Notes under the pieces: model-generated
Database searches by the model: none
Told to the model about the DNA's origin: nothing
The model's input: only the letters and a program-made list of their open reading frames with translations
Shown: one piece after another, positions 18,947-29,038 of the stretch
Layout of the letters: each line of letters starts with the position of its first letter
How positions within the stretch are numbered: position 1 is the first letter of the stretch
Virus record (IMG/VR): IMGVR_UViG_3300037067_022448
Location: 32,001-96,000 of that record
Source: a virus
Lineage: Duplodnaviria; Caudoviricetes
Direction: 5' to 3' (one strand)
DNA: 64,000 nt
Translations under genes and position numbers: made by a program

Positions 18947-21505
18947 TTAGGAACCAACTTTTTGTAATATTTTTTTTGATCGTTTAATTTTAGTTGAATC
19001 AAATTTTTTGGGGAGCTTAATTTTAAAACGGGATTCCGTTTCATAGACAGAAATTCTAATAGCAGAATGTTTATCAAGATATTTAACATTATCAAAAAAA
19101 TCTACAACAATAGCATCAGATTTGTTAGGGAAACCACGGATAACACGACCAATGCGTTGAAGAGCACGTACCGTAGATTTACCACCACCACCAAGAATCA
19201 AAGCATCTAAACATGGTATATCAACACCAATATCATATACGCTGGAAGCAATTAGGCATTTGAATCTTCCATTCTCAAATTCTTTTTTAACTACCTCTCT
19301 CATTTCTCCATCTACTTCTCCATTTACAAAGTATAATGGGATATCAGATAGAAGTTTTGATAAAGCGTTTCCATGAGATATATATCTAACTAATATTAAA
19401 ACCTTTCTTCCTTTGTTAATAAGACTCCTAGCAGAATCCACTATCATGCTATTTCTTATTTCATTGTTTGTAATATAGTCATGATATACACTATGATAAT
19501 TGTTTCCTGTTTTTTTTGTGATTTCTGGTACATCAAACACTACAATATTGGCTGGCACCAAAAATCCGGAATCAATCAGCTTGGATGCTGGCATATTGAA
19601 AATTCTAGGACCACAAACCGATTCTAGCAACAAATCTGCGCCGTCGTCACGCCAATCTGTTCCACTCAATCCAAATAAATATCTACATTGTTTCCCTGCT
19701 TTATAAATCGATTGCAACGTGTCGGTTGCCAGAAAGTGCGCTTCATCGTAAATAGCTACATTGCTATTTTCTATAGCTTTTTTAATTGCTTTTTTCTGTT
19801 CAGAACCTATTTCGCAGATTTCTGGTGACCAATCTTCATCATCAAGAGAGACTTTAGATTTTAAACCAAAAGCAGTAATTGCGGTCCAAACTGAACAAAC
19901 ATTAATTTTCTTAATCTCACAATGGCCATCACCAATTATACCGATTTCTATTTTTATTGCTTTCTGTAGTTCTCGACGAAATTGGTATAACAAATCTTTA
20001 CCAACTACATAAACCATAGTTGGTAAATTATATTTGGCTACAATCATTGCGGCTATATAGGTATTATGAGTTACAGTAAAATCTCCCAATAAAAATCTGC
20101 CGTCGCCATCGAGTTCAATTCCAACATAATAGTCTTGCCCTGCGGGTTCAACTTTAAAACCAGTTTTCAATGTGTCTTTTTTTTGAGTTCGTTTTGTAGC
20201 TTTTTTCCTTTCAATCTTAACTGGAATTTCGCTAACATCGCCAGAAATGCTTATTCTATAATAATCTAAATTGAATTTTCTGTCGTGTTTTACAGACATC
20301 AGCGCCCTAAATCCAAGAGATCTTGCTAAAAATACAACTGAATCTGCCCAATCTTTTCGTTTTTGAGTAATTTCATAAGAGTTATTATGTAAATACCCGT
20401 CAGTATCAATCCAGCCAGCCAAGAACTGTAATCTGTTTGCTCTGGATGATGTTAAGTATGTATGGGGGACTATAAGTTCTGGGCCTAACAATTCTCTAAC
20501 ACCTTCCAATAATTTTTTTTCTTTCAAAAAACCACTAATTCGACAACGGAGTGCGCGGCTTCTTTTGTCTTTTCTGATTTTAAGACACTTGTCATATTTT
20601 TCAACAAATATCTTAAGATAATCAATTATTTCTTGATCAATAGTTGTTATACAAAGATGGTCTAATTTCCCCTTTGTAACAAGTTTGTCACCATCTCCAA
20701 AAAATATCCCCAAAAAATACGGATCTATAGAAATTTCTGTATCATTTTTAAAATCAACACCAACACTAAATTGTTTGTAACAATGCTTAAATTTTTTACT
20801 TTTATTTTTATAATCTCGAATGTTAATATCTATTATTTCATTTGAAACTGTATGCTTTAGAGTTAAAATATGTTCATCATTACAATACCACGGCTCTCCT
20901 TTAATTGGAGAAATTTTACATATATTTCCATATTGGATATTTGTTGATAAAATTTTCCGTGGCCTGCTATCTGGACCCATTAATAAATCTCCGGATTTAA
21001 GTTCTTCAACTTTACAAATAGTTCCATCATACTTTATAACTTTTGTACCAATTTTCGGGCTCTTGCCGCCGCCTGTGCCAACGCGAATTATACCGCGCTC
21101 GTTTTGAACAGTGGCATCTAATGCATCTTTTTGATATTGTCTCGGAGTGTGCCCATATAAGGGCAATTCTATAGATTGGTAAGTTTCGCGTTTATCATCT
21201 ATAACATAATCTATTTTATGTTCTTGGAGAAAATCTGTAACCAGCTTGAGTAATCCGGTTGGAAAAACCATTTTTGAAGTAAGCAGATGTCTTCTCCCAT
21301 CCCAATGTATAAACTTTTGGGACTCAGGATCAAACCAGCCCGAGCGGAAAGCTTTGGTGTACTGATAACCCTCAACATAAAAACTGGTAATCTTGTCAAG
21401 ACTATCAACGATCTCAATATCTTTGAGACCACTGATTCTCGACCAAACATTGCTTACAGAAATGGTTACTATCAATTTTATCTCTTTAAAAGTTTTAAAA
21501 ATCAT
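18947..21505 (-). CDS. superfamily 2 DEAH helicase (UvsW/ResIII-like) with intein
   Basis: PRQYQ, GTGGGK^T Walker A, YDEAH, GLSGT, DIGVDIP, LQRIGRVIR. Confidence 0.9.
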   Translation of the reverse strand: MIFKTFKEIKLIVTISVSNVWSRISGLKDIEIVDSLDKITSFYVEGYQYTKAFRSGWFDPESQKFIHWDGRRHLLTSKMVFPTGLLKLVTDFLQEHKIDYVIDDKRETYQSIELPLYGHTPRQYQKDALDATVQNERGIIRVGTGGGKSPKIGTKVIKYDGTICKVEELKSGDLLMGPDSRPRKILSTNIQYGNICKISPIKGEPWYCNDEHILTLKHTVSNEIIDINIRDYKNKSKKFKHCYKQFSVGVDFKNDTEISIDPYFLGIFFGDGDKLVTKGKLDHLCITTIDQEIIDYLKIFVEKYDKCLKIRKDKRSRALRCRISGFLKEKKLLEGVRELLGPELIVPHTYLTSSRANRLQFLAGWIDTDGYLHNNSYEITQKRKDWADSVVFLARSLGFRALMSVKHDRKFNLDYYRISISGDVSEIPVKIERKKATKRTQKKDTLKTGFKVEPAGQDYYVGIELDGDGRFLLGDFTVTHNTYIAAMIVAKYNLPTMVYVVGKDLLYQFRRELQKAIKIEIGIIGDGHCEIKKINVCSVWTAITAFGLKSKVSLDDEDWSPEICEIGSEQKKAIKKAIENSNVAIYDEAHFLATDTLQSIYKAGKQCRYLFGLSGTDWRDDGADLLLESVCGPRIFNMPASKLIDSGFLVPANIVVFDVPEITKKTGNNYHSVYHDYITNNEIRNSMIVDSARSLINKGRKVLILVRYISHGNALSKLLSDIPLYFVNGEVDGEMREVVKKEFENGRFKCLIASSVYDIGVDIPCLDALILGGGGKSTVRALQRIGRVIRGFPNKSDAIVVDFFDNVKYLDKHSAIRISVYETESRFKIKLPKKFDSTKIKRSKKILQKVGS
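20063..21061 (-). mobile_element. intein in helicase Walker A (333 aa), LAGLIDADG-type
   Basis: Begins SPKIGTKVIKYDG after GGGK; NDEHIL; YFLGIFFGDG and LAGWIDTDG; ends FLLGDFTVTHN before T. Confidence 0.92.
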
Positions 21506-21739
21506 CCTACGATGATTTAAAAACTAGCTAATCCTTCTCAGCAGGAAGAAAATGAATTATCGTTGCCCATCATCCTGTCGTGTCCATGTTAATGCTTCTA
21601 CTGAACACAAATTGATTGCCCATATAATTAAGAATAACATCGAGCGGAAGTGGAGTTTTTTCTCCCGACGCAATAAGATCTTGTACCAATTTTTGTCATT
21701 GTTTTCATATTATTATCCTTTTCTAAACTTCAATTTCTG

Positions 21740-23176
21740 TTATCTTTTTCTTCTATCTATAATCCGCTTACCCGCATTATTGGTAAGAACTCCAAATCCA
21801 GATTTCTTTTGTTGAATAACACGATGAACTTCTTGTGCTTTCGTTTGAGTATCATTCCCAGTACCATAATCAACTGCCATCTTTTCTGCCCTTGTTTTCT
21901 CTTTTTCACGCATAACCGCCATTTGTTCGGCAGCTTGATTTTTAAGAGTTTCTATTCTAGCTGCTGGTAAACCAAGGCCACTAAACATCGTATAAACTCT
22001 AACTACATCTTCTGATATATCTTCCATTTCATAAACGCCACGAACTAATGATGGAAAATTACAAGCTTCACTAATTACATGGTTGGCATATTCAATATTG
22101 ATAGCTGGTAGTTTTTTAAGTGTAGCTTGATTTGCTGTTACAATATAACCACCAAACCTGGTTTCCTTTAGATTAAAATCACTCACCAATAAACCAGCTT
22201 CTAGATTTTCAATAACCGCCTCAGCAATAGCTGTCGTTTCTAAATAATTAGAAATTTCAAGCATTCCATAAATTGTACAATCGCCGGTTGTAAAAATTCT
22301 ACCAAAATCCATAGAATCTAAAGAATCGTATTGAGTTGGCATAGCTGACAAATGATTAAAAATATGAAGAGGATCAACTATGGCCTGATTTGCAACCGTC
22401 CAAAATTCAGCCTTACTTAATCCTGGATAAAGCAGCTCAATTTTAGAATTGTCGACCACCATTAAAGCCGTAATGACATCGGCGCTTGCCATTTTGGCAA
22501 GTTTCCCGAGAGTTGAAACAGAATTATGTTTGCTTAGAGCATCTTCTGATTCCATGGGCAAAATATAAATAACACCCATTGGTTTTCCAAGTGTAGACAT
22601 AATACCAATAAGAGCTTCTGCTCCACCTGAACCAGTTCCGCCACCACCAGAAACAGCAAGAATAAGCATTTCTTGATTGTCACCAAAATTTTCATTTAGT
22701 TTATCAAGAATTATTTCCGCATTCTGTTCAACAGCTTGTCTACCATTATCTAATTCTTTACCGGCACCACCTAATGCGAATGGTAGAAAAATTTTCTTGT
22801 TCGTTGGTAAATTAATATGTTCAAGGTCTTGAGTTGCTGTGTTAAAAACACAAGCCTCGTACCCCAAATCAAAAAAAGTTTCAGCAACTCGCGAACCAGC
22901 TTGACCTAATCCAATAACACCAAAATATAAACTTCTATCACGCTTTGCTACAGCCTTCATTGGTTCCTCCTTTGCTTGTTTGTTTTTGAGCGCAGCCAAA
23001 ACGTTTAGATCTAATGCTGGCTTCGGTTTTAAAACTTCTTCGAGTTTTGCATTCTCCTGAGCGATTTCTGCGTCTGTTTTTATTTGTGTGTGCGCGATTT
23101 TTTCATCAGTGACAACCACGCGATGTTGTTTATCATTTTCAGACATTTTATTTCTCCTATAAAATTTACTTGACAA
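21740..23176 (-). CDS. tubulin/FtsZ superfamily GTPase (PhuZ/TubZ/CetZ-like); likely start 23146
   Basis: GVIGLGQAGSR, GGAGK, tubulin signature GGGTGSG, VVDN, LDSMD, SGLGLP. Confidence 0.88.
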   Translation of the reverse strand: MSSKFYRRNKMSENDKQHRVVVTDEKIAHTQIKTDAEIAQENAKLEEVLKPKPALDLNVLAALKNKQAKEEPMKAVAKRDRSLYFGVIGLGQAGSRVAETFFDLGYEACVFNTATQDLEHINLPTNKKIFLPFALGGAGKELDNGRQAVEQNAEIILDKLNENFGDNQEMLILAVSGGGGTGSGGAEALIGIMSTLGKPMGVIYILPMESEDALSKHNSVSTLGKLAKMASADVITALMVVDNSKIELLYPGLSKAEFWTVANQAIVDPLHIFNHLSAMPTQYDSLDSMDFGRIFTTGDCTIYGMLEISNYLETTAIAEAVIENLEAGLLVSDFNLKETRFGGYIVTANQATLKKLPAINIEYANHVISEACNFPSLVRGVYEMEDISEDVVRVYTMFSGLGLPAARIETLKNQAAEQMAVMREKEKTRAEKMAVDYGTGNDTQTKAQEVHRVIQQKKSGFGVLTNNAGKRIIDRRKR

Positions 23177-23223
23177 TTTTCGATTTCCAAATAAGTTAAT
23201 GATTGAGGACCAAGGCCATATAG

Positions 23224-24090
23224 TTATAGATTAAAAGCCCATCTATTATGATCAAACCACTTTATAGTTTTTTCTAGAGAACTATTTATATTATTAGAAT
23301 CTGGCTTCCAATTATTTATAATATCACCGTTATATTCTTTTACCATATAATCATGGTCAAAACTTGGTTTTGACACACAAATATTAAAATCAATATTATA
23401 TAATCTTTGTATACATTCTGCAATTTCTTTTTCACTTAAATATCCTAATACTGGCATTTTTATATGACCCTTTATTTTATTATCTAAAACAAACCATATT
23501 AAAGATGCAACATCCTCAGCAAATACCCAAGGAAACTTTTCATCTCGTACTTTTACTGTCTTATGTTTTAATAAACTGTTTTGTATCCATGGAACACTAA
23601 ACCAAGGTTCAACTCTTTGTCTACACCCAAAGACATTTGGTATTTCTATGACTGTTTCTCCATCATTTTCTATAATTTTACTTATACAATTCCAAAAACC
23701 TATATAATCAAATAATGGTTCTATACACCCACATATTTGAATTAAAGGTGCTTTTGCACGCAATAAATTAGTAGTACCTGTTAATATTTCGTTAAAATTA
23801 TTTGCTTGTTGATTTGTATAAAAACATCCATTTACAATAAAGTCTGGATTTTCTATAAAAAGCAATCTATCTATAAAATACTCATCTGCTATATTTCCAA
23901 TATAAAACTTGTGATCTTTATTTAAATAAACTCTTTTATAATCATTTATTTTTTTTAGTTTATCTACACTTACAATCTCAAATTCTTTTGTTTCACGCGT
24001 CATATACATCAAATAGCGGATAAAATTTGACATCAAAAATCCCGCTGAACCACAAACTAAAATTTTTTTCTTTTCCATTATTTTCCCCAA
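23224..24090 (-). CDS. NAD-dependent epimerase/dehydratase-like protein (RfbB-like, degenerate)
   Basis: KILVCGSAGFLMSNFIRY, VSVDKL, NVFG.RQ, WVFAED, LEKTIKWF. Confidence 0.7.
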   Translation of the reverse strand: MGKIMEKKKILVCGSAGFLMSNFIRYLMYMTRETKEFEIVSVDKLKKINDYKRVYLNKDHKFYIGNIADEYFIDRLLFIENPDFIVNGCFYTNQQANNFNEILTGTTNLLRAKAPLIQICGCIEPLFDYIGFWNCISKIIENDGETVIEIPNVFGCRQRVEPWFSVPWIQNSLLKHKTVKVRDEKFPWVFAEDVASLIWFVLDNKIKGHIKMPVLGYLSEKEIAECIQRLYNIDFNICVSKPSFDHDYMVKEYNGDIINNWKPDSNNINSSLEKTIKWFDHNRWAFNL

Positions 24091-24884
24091 ATATAATGCT
24101 GTTGTTGTTTTGTTTCAATTATAAAAGGTGGTGCATCATTTTTAACAAAACCATCAATTCCTCTTCTTTTAAGAGTTTCCTCTAGTGCTTTCTTGGCATT
24201 TATATCTTGTTCTGGCCGCGCTTTTGTTGAAACCTGATGAGGATGTTGTCTATAATAATAAGATATGGGATCTTTAATTCTATGAATTTTAGTAATCTCA
24301 TCAACTTTAAGAGCTAAATCATAATCAACAGCAGATGTTAGTTCATTTGAATAACCACCAACTTTTAATACAATAGACCTTCGATAAAATCTCATTGGAA
24401 AAAGACACATATACTTAAGCAACAAATTTGAATCGTACTCTCCACTATTGGCCACATGTGGTAAAGCCCAAGTTTTCCCTTCATCATTAAAGCATAAAAA
24501 GTTTCCACAACATACTCCTATATCTGGATTTTTATCCATAAAGTCAACAAACATTTTTAAACAATAGGACGGCATTAAATCATCAGACCCTAAATGACAA
24601 ATATATTCATAATTTTTTGAAAACTTAGAAATAGCCTCATTTTTTATTTTGCCAATTCTCCCATCATGGCCATTATGTCTAAAAACTTTTATATTTTCTG
24701 AACTGTAAAATAAAGCTTTTTTATATGTATTATCGTAAGATCCATCATCTATTATAACCAGTTCCCAATTAATATAAGTTTGATTTTTAATTGATTCTAT
24801 TGATTTATTTATATATTTTTCAACATTATAACATGGCATAAAAATACCTACATTTATCATTTTAAAATCCTTTTTATTAACCAA
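24078..24884 (-). CDS. glycosyltransferase family 2
   Basis: FMPCYNVEKYI, ELVIIDDGSYD, LGSDD, AVDYDL, YYYRQH. Confidence 0.9.
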   Translation of the reverse strand: MVNKKDFKMINVGIFMPCYNVEKYINKSIESIKNQTYINWELVIIDDGSYDNTYKKALFYSSENIKVFRHNGHDGRIGKIKNEAISKFSKNYEYICHLGSDDLMPSYCLKMFVDFMDKNPDIGVCCGNFLCFNDEGKTWALPHVANSGEYDSNLLLKYMCLFPMRFYRRSIVLKVGGYSNELTSAVDYDLALKVDEITKIHRIKDPISYYYRQHPHQVSTKARPEQDINAKKALEETLKRRGIDGFVKNDAPPFIIETKQQQHYIWGK

Positions 24885-24902
24885 AAAAATTATAGTTTTT
24901 AA

Positions 24903-27056
24903 TTATTTTATATCAATCCCTAATAATTTACAATCATGTTCAACCATAATTTTAACTAATTCTTCAAATTTTATAGTAGGTTTCCAACCAATTTTAGATT
25001 CAGTTAAAGAATAATCACCTTGTAAAGCATCAACTTCTGATGGACGCATAAGAAATCTATCAAATTCAACATGTTCTTGCCAATTAAGATTTACATATGA
25101 AAAAGCTAATTCGCAAAACTCTTTAACTGAATGCATTTCATTTGTTGCAAAAATATAATCATCTGGTTTTGTTTGTTGTAGGGCTAGCCAAAAACCCTGG
25201 CAATAATCTTTAGCAAAACCCCAATCTCTTTTAGCATCTAAATTGCCAAGTTTTAATTTAAAACTTGGATTTTTTAAAGATTGTGCGACACCCATAGTTA
25301 TTTTTCTTGTCACAAAATTAGCACCTCTACGAGGTCCCTCATGATTAAAAGTTATTCCAGCGCAACAATACACATTATATGCTTCTCTATAGAGCCTTAT
25401 AAAATTATGACTTGCAACTTTTGCAATAGCATATGGGCTACATGGGATAAACATAGTTTCAATTGTTTGTGGTGGATCAGCAGAACCAAACATTTCACTA
25501 GTACTACAATGAAATATTCTAGTTGTAAAACCCAAATTTCTAACCACTTCAAGAATATTTACTACACCTTTTGTGTCTATATCTAAAGTAGCCAAGGGTT
25601 GTTCAAAACTTGTATGAACATGACTATTATGAACAACAATATTACCTAAACCAGCACAAAAATTGTTTACTTCATCGACTGAAATATCATAAACAAAACC
25701 TTCATAATTAATTTCTTCATAATCATTTATTTCCTGATTGTTTTGATAATTTTGAATTGAGACAAGTTCAAAATTATCATCCCCATTTTTTGTATCATGT
25801 TTATAAAAACTATAATTAAAATCTATTTCTAATTTTGTATATATGTAACAAAGTTGAGCAATTAATTTTTTAGAAGTACTCATATATTTTATGTTTGTAC
25901 AATTTTTACAAAAATTAGAAGATTCATCTTCCTTATGTAAAGTTTGTAATAATTCAGGCCATAAATTTTCTACTAACAAGAAAAAAAAATCAGGAATTTG
26001 TTTATTTGTACTTTTTTTCCCACAATATTTTCTTATTATGCTATACAGAATTTGGCTTGAAATTTGTAATTGCCAAACAGATTGACAATTTTCTTTTTTA
26101 TTTTCAATAATATATGACGAACCAGTATAAAAAAGCTGTAAATCATTTTGTAATTTTTCTAACCATTTTCGATCAGTATGATCTATACTTGTTTTAAATG
26201 TTTTATTTGTTACATTATAAGATGTCCAACCTTCAGCAATAAAAGCCCCACAAAATCGTAAAAAAGCTTGTAAAGTCCCATCTGTAATATTTAAAACTGA
26301 TTTTACAGATTTATTTGATTCATTTTTATAACAAATCCAATCATTTTCGACAATTTTTTCCCCAACATTATATGTTTTTAATTTAACAGAAGTTTCACCA
26401 CACTTATTATAATAATTTATCTTTCTTACGGCTAAAAGATTTGGGTTTATCGTTGGTTTTTGTAATTTTCCATTTTCATCGTAAACTGAATGATTAGGAG
26501 TTACTATGATTTCTCCACATTTTTGACGTAACCTAATTAATTTTCCTTTATATAAATGTCTTGAAATTTGTTTTATTTTAAACCATTGAGCTTTACCATT
26601 TTTAAAACCCAAAACAAATAAATTTTTATTATTTTTTAAATTAATTAATTCTATATCAATTTCTCCACCTTCTGATAAAAATCTTTCCTTTTCAACTTTT
26701 ATATTTTTAATTCTTATATTATTCCACAATTTTTCAATTTTAATAGGTTTAGTAAATTTTCCAGGTCCTATTCGATGAATATTTACATATGTTTCAGGAT
26801 GTACGGACATCGCAGCAGTATTATAAAGTTCATTTGGCCTTACTTGTTGAATAATTCTAAACATTGATGACATATCAGTTATATCACCCTCAATTATATC
26901 AACATCATTTTCTAAATGTTTTGCATTCCCTAAATCATGTGTAGCATTTCTACGCATTATACCAAAAACATTATAATCTTTTTCAAGTAATAAATCTGCT
27001 AACAGAGACCCATCCATTCCACAAATTCCTGTAATAAGAGCTGTTTTTTGTTTCAT
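24903..27056 (-). CDS. gmd: GDP-mannose 4,6-dehydratase with intein (~323 aa after splicing)
   Basis: ALITGICGMDGS, YNTAAM^SHV..SF, STSEMFG, SPYAIAK, FNHEGPRRG.NFVTRKI, LGNLDAKRDWG. Confidence 0.93.
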   Translation of the reverse strand: MKQKTALITGICGMDGSLLADLLLEKDYNVFGIMRRNATHDLGNAKHLENDVDIIEGDITDMSSMFRIIQQVRPNELYNTAAMSVHPETYVNIHRIGPGKFTKPIKIEKLWNNIRIKNIKVEKERFLSEGGEIDIELINLKNNKNLFVLGFKNGKAQWFKIKQISRHLYKGKLIRLRQKCGEIIVTPNHSVYDENGKLQKPTINPNLLAVRKINYYNKCGETSVKLKTYNVGEKIVENDWICYKNESNKSVKSVLNITDGTLQAFLRFCGAFIAEGWTSYNVTNKTFKTSIDHTDRKWLEKLQNDLQLFYTGSSYIIENKKENCQSVWQLQISSQILYSIIRKYCGKKSTNKQIPDFFFLLVENLWPELLQTLHKEDESSNFCKNCTNIKYMSTSKKLIAQLCYIYTKLEIDFNYSFYKHDTKNGDDNFELVSIQNYQNNQEINDYEEINYEGFVYDISVDEVNNFCAGLGNIVVHNSHVHTSFEQPLATLDIDTKGVVNILEVVRNLGFTTRIFHCSTSEMFGSADPPQTIETMFIPCSPYAIAKVASHNFIRLYREAYNVYCCAGITFNHEGPRRGANFVTRKITMGVAQSLKNPSFKLKLGNLDAKRDWGFAKDYCQGFWLALQQTKPDDYIFATNEMHSVKEFCELAFSYVNLNWQEHVEFDRFLMRPSEVDALQGDYSLTESKIGWKPTIKFEELVKIMVEHDCKLLGIDIK
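25626..26807 (-). mobile_element. intein in Gmd (394 aa), Ser1 / Ser+1, LAGLIDADG-derived
   Basis: Begins SVHPETYV; VTPNHSV; GAFIAEG; VYDISVDEVNNF; ends GNIVVHN before SHV. Confidence 0.9.
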
Positions 27057-28000
27057 TAAAAACCTCGAATATTTGGATAATTATTTTTAAACCACATACA
27101 AGTTTTTATTAATCCAGTATTCAAATTAGTATATTTAAAATCACAAAGATCAGTAAATATTTTATTACTTGAAGGTTTTTTTAATTGTCCTATAGGTTTT
27201 GTAATGTCCCAATAAATTTTTCCTTTAAAATCAAATATCTCTACTATTTTATTTACTATATCTATTATTTTATATTCTTCTATATTACCAACATTAATAG
27301 GATTTGGACTATCATATTTTTCAAGAAGAAATATTAATATTCTAGCCAAGTCATCAACATAAGTAAATTCTCTTAATTGTTGTCCATTACCCCAAATTTC
27401 TACATCAGAATTTCTTAATTTTGATTCAAATATTTTTCTAATTATTGCCGGGATTACATGAGATGATTCTAGATTAAAATTATCATTTTGCCCATAAAGA
27501 TTATTTGGTATTACTGTTATAAAATTTTCTTTAAATTGATCTCTATATGCTCTAGATTGGACATCAAGCATTCTTTTAGTGTAGGCATATGTATAATTAG
27601 ACATATGTGGAGGACCATAATGAATATAATCTTCAATTAATGGATAAGATACTTTATCAGGATATACACAAGTACTTAATAAAGAAATTGTTTTTTTAAT
27701 TTTAAATTTATGGCAACAATCTAAAACATTAGTATTTATTCTAATATTATCAATAAAAAAATCAACCAAATTATCAGAATTTGCTTTAATTCCTCCAACC
27801 TTAGCTGCTGTATGAATAACATAATCTGGCTTAAAAGCTCTAAAAAGTTCTTCAGTTTTGTTTTGATTTCTAAGATCAATTGGTAAATCTACTTCAATTA
27901 TGTTTTTTGTTGGAAAATTTTCAAGATTTCTTAACAAAGCTTGACCTAACATCCCATTGCTACCAGTAATTAGTAAAGTTTTTTTCTCAAAATCTATCAT
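27056..28000 (-). CDS. fcl: GDP-L-fucose synthase (epimerase-reductase)
   Basis: ITGSNGMLG, AAKVGGIKAN, LSTCVYP, YAYTKR, PNNLYG.NDNF, SHVIPA, WGNG..LREF.YVDDLA. Confidence 0.92.
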   Translation of the reverse strand: MIDFEKKTLLITGSNGMLGQALLRNLENFPTKNIIEVDLPIDLRNQNKTEELFRAFKPDYVIHTAAKVGGIKANSDNLVDFFIDNIRINTNVLDCCHKFKIKKTISLLSTCVYPDKVSYPLIEDYIHYGPPHMSNYTYAYTKRMLDVQSRAYRDQFKENFITVIPNNLYGQNDNFNLESSHVIPAIIRKIFESKLRNSDVEIWGNGQQLREFTYVDDLARILIFLLEKYDSPNPINVGNIEEYKIIDIVNKIVEIFDFKGKIYWDITKPIGQLKKPSSNKIFTDLCDFKYTNLNTGLIKTCMWFKNNYPNIRGF

Positions 28001-28162
28001 TTATCTCTATTACTCCATTTTTACATTTAATTAGATTTATAAATCAAGAACTAAGACATCCATCAAAATTAAATTTATATGCTACAATTCATATTTTTTA
28101 TTAAGTATTAATTTATTTAGTGAACTTATAAAAATTAAAAAAATTTTTATTTTATACGTCAT

Positions 28163-29038
28163 TTAGTATAAAATCTCTTTTGATACTATTGCTTCCAAAT
28201 TTCCCCATTCAATATTATTATTTGATATTGGATTTTTTGATAATAAATTTTCTTTCATTAATATTAAATTATTAGACTTTAATTGATTAAATTTTTTTGT
28301 AAATCTAACATTATGAACTTCATCATTTTTGTCTACAATACTATGATCTTGATGAATCCCAATCATACGATGTTCAAAAACTGGATTTATTCCTAAAAAT
28401 TTCATACGATTTGCAAAATCATCATCTTCTGCACATAATCCATTTAAAAATCTTTCATCAACACCATGAATAGCAAAAACATATGTTTTGTTAACAGCCA
28501 TAAAGTACCAATATGCTGGAGGATGAGGAGGACATGTTCTACAATCACTTCTAGCTCCAGGAATATTTAATAAATAAGAAAAATTATTTAGTTTCCAATT
28601 TTTATCATCAGACAAATGTTCATTAAATTCATAAGAAGATCTAAAAACTAATCCATAAGCACATTCTTTTCTATTGATCATAGTTGATGCTATTTTAATA
28701 TTATTTTCACAAATTAATGTTTCTGGACCAGAAATAACTACAACATCTCCAAGGGCCAATTTAAAACCAATATTGTTAGTAAGAGCGGGGGTAAAAGAAT
28801 TGGTATGATAATTAATTTTTGTTGGATCTATTTTTATATATTGGAAATTAAGGCCGAAATTTTTATTAAACTCTTTACACAAACTACATACTTCTACGCG
28901 ATCTTTATCATCAATAACTAAAATCTCAAAAAATTTTTTTGGAAAATTTTGCTTATAATAAGTATATAAAGAGTTTTCAAAAAGTTTAATTCGACCATCA
29001 CAAGCTGAGATTATAACTGAAACTTTAATATTGTTCAT
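28163..29038 (-). CDS. glycosyltransferase family 2 (GT-A fold)
   Basis: VSVIIS, EILVIDD, N.G...A.GD, GVDERF..G...EDDDFANR, HQDH. Confidence 0.8.
   Translation of the reverse strand: MNNIKVSVIISACDGRIKLFENSLYTYYKQNFPKKFFEILVIDDKDRVEVCSLCKEFNKNFGLNFQYIKIDPTKINYHTNSFTPALTNNIGFKLALGDVVVISGPETLICENNIKIASTMINRKECAYGLVFRSSYEFNEHLSDDKNWKLNNFSYLLNIPGARSDCRTCPPHPPAYWYFMAVNKTYVFAIHGVDERFLNGLCAEDDDFANRMKFLGINPVFEHRMIGIHQDHSIVDKNDEVHNVRFTKKFNQLKSNNLILMKENLLSKNPISNNNIEWGNLEAIVSKEILY

Noticed and set aside
20063-21061. Class 3 intein mechanism
   Set aside because: Starts with nucleophilic Ser and lacks the block F Cys of the WCT triad.
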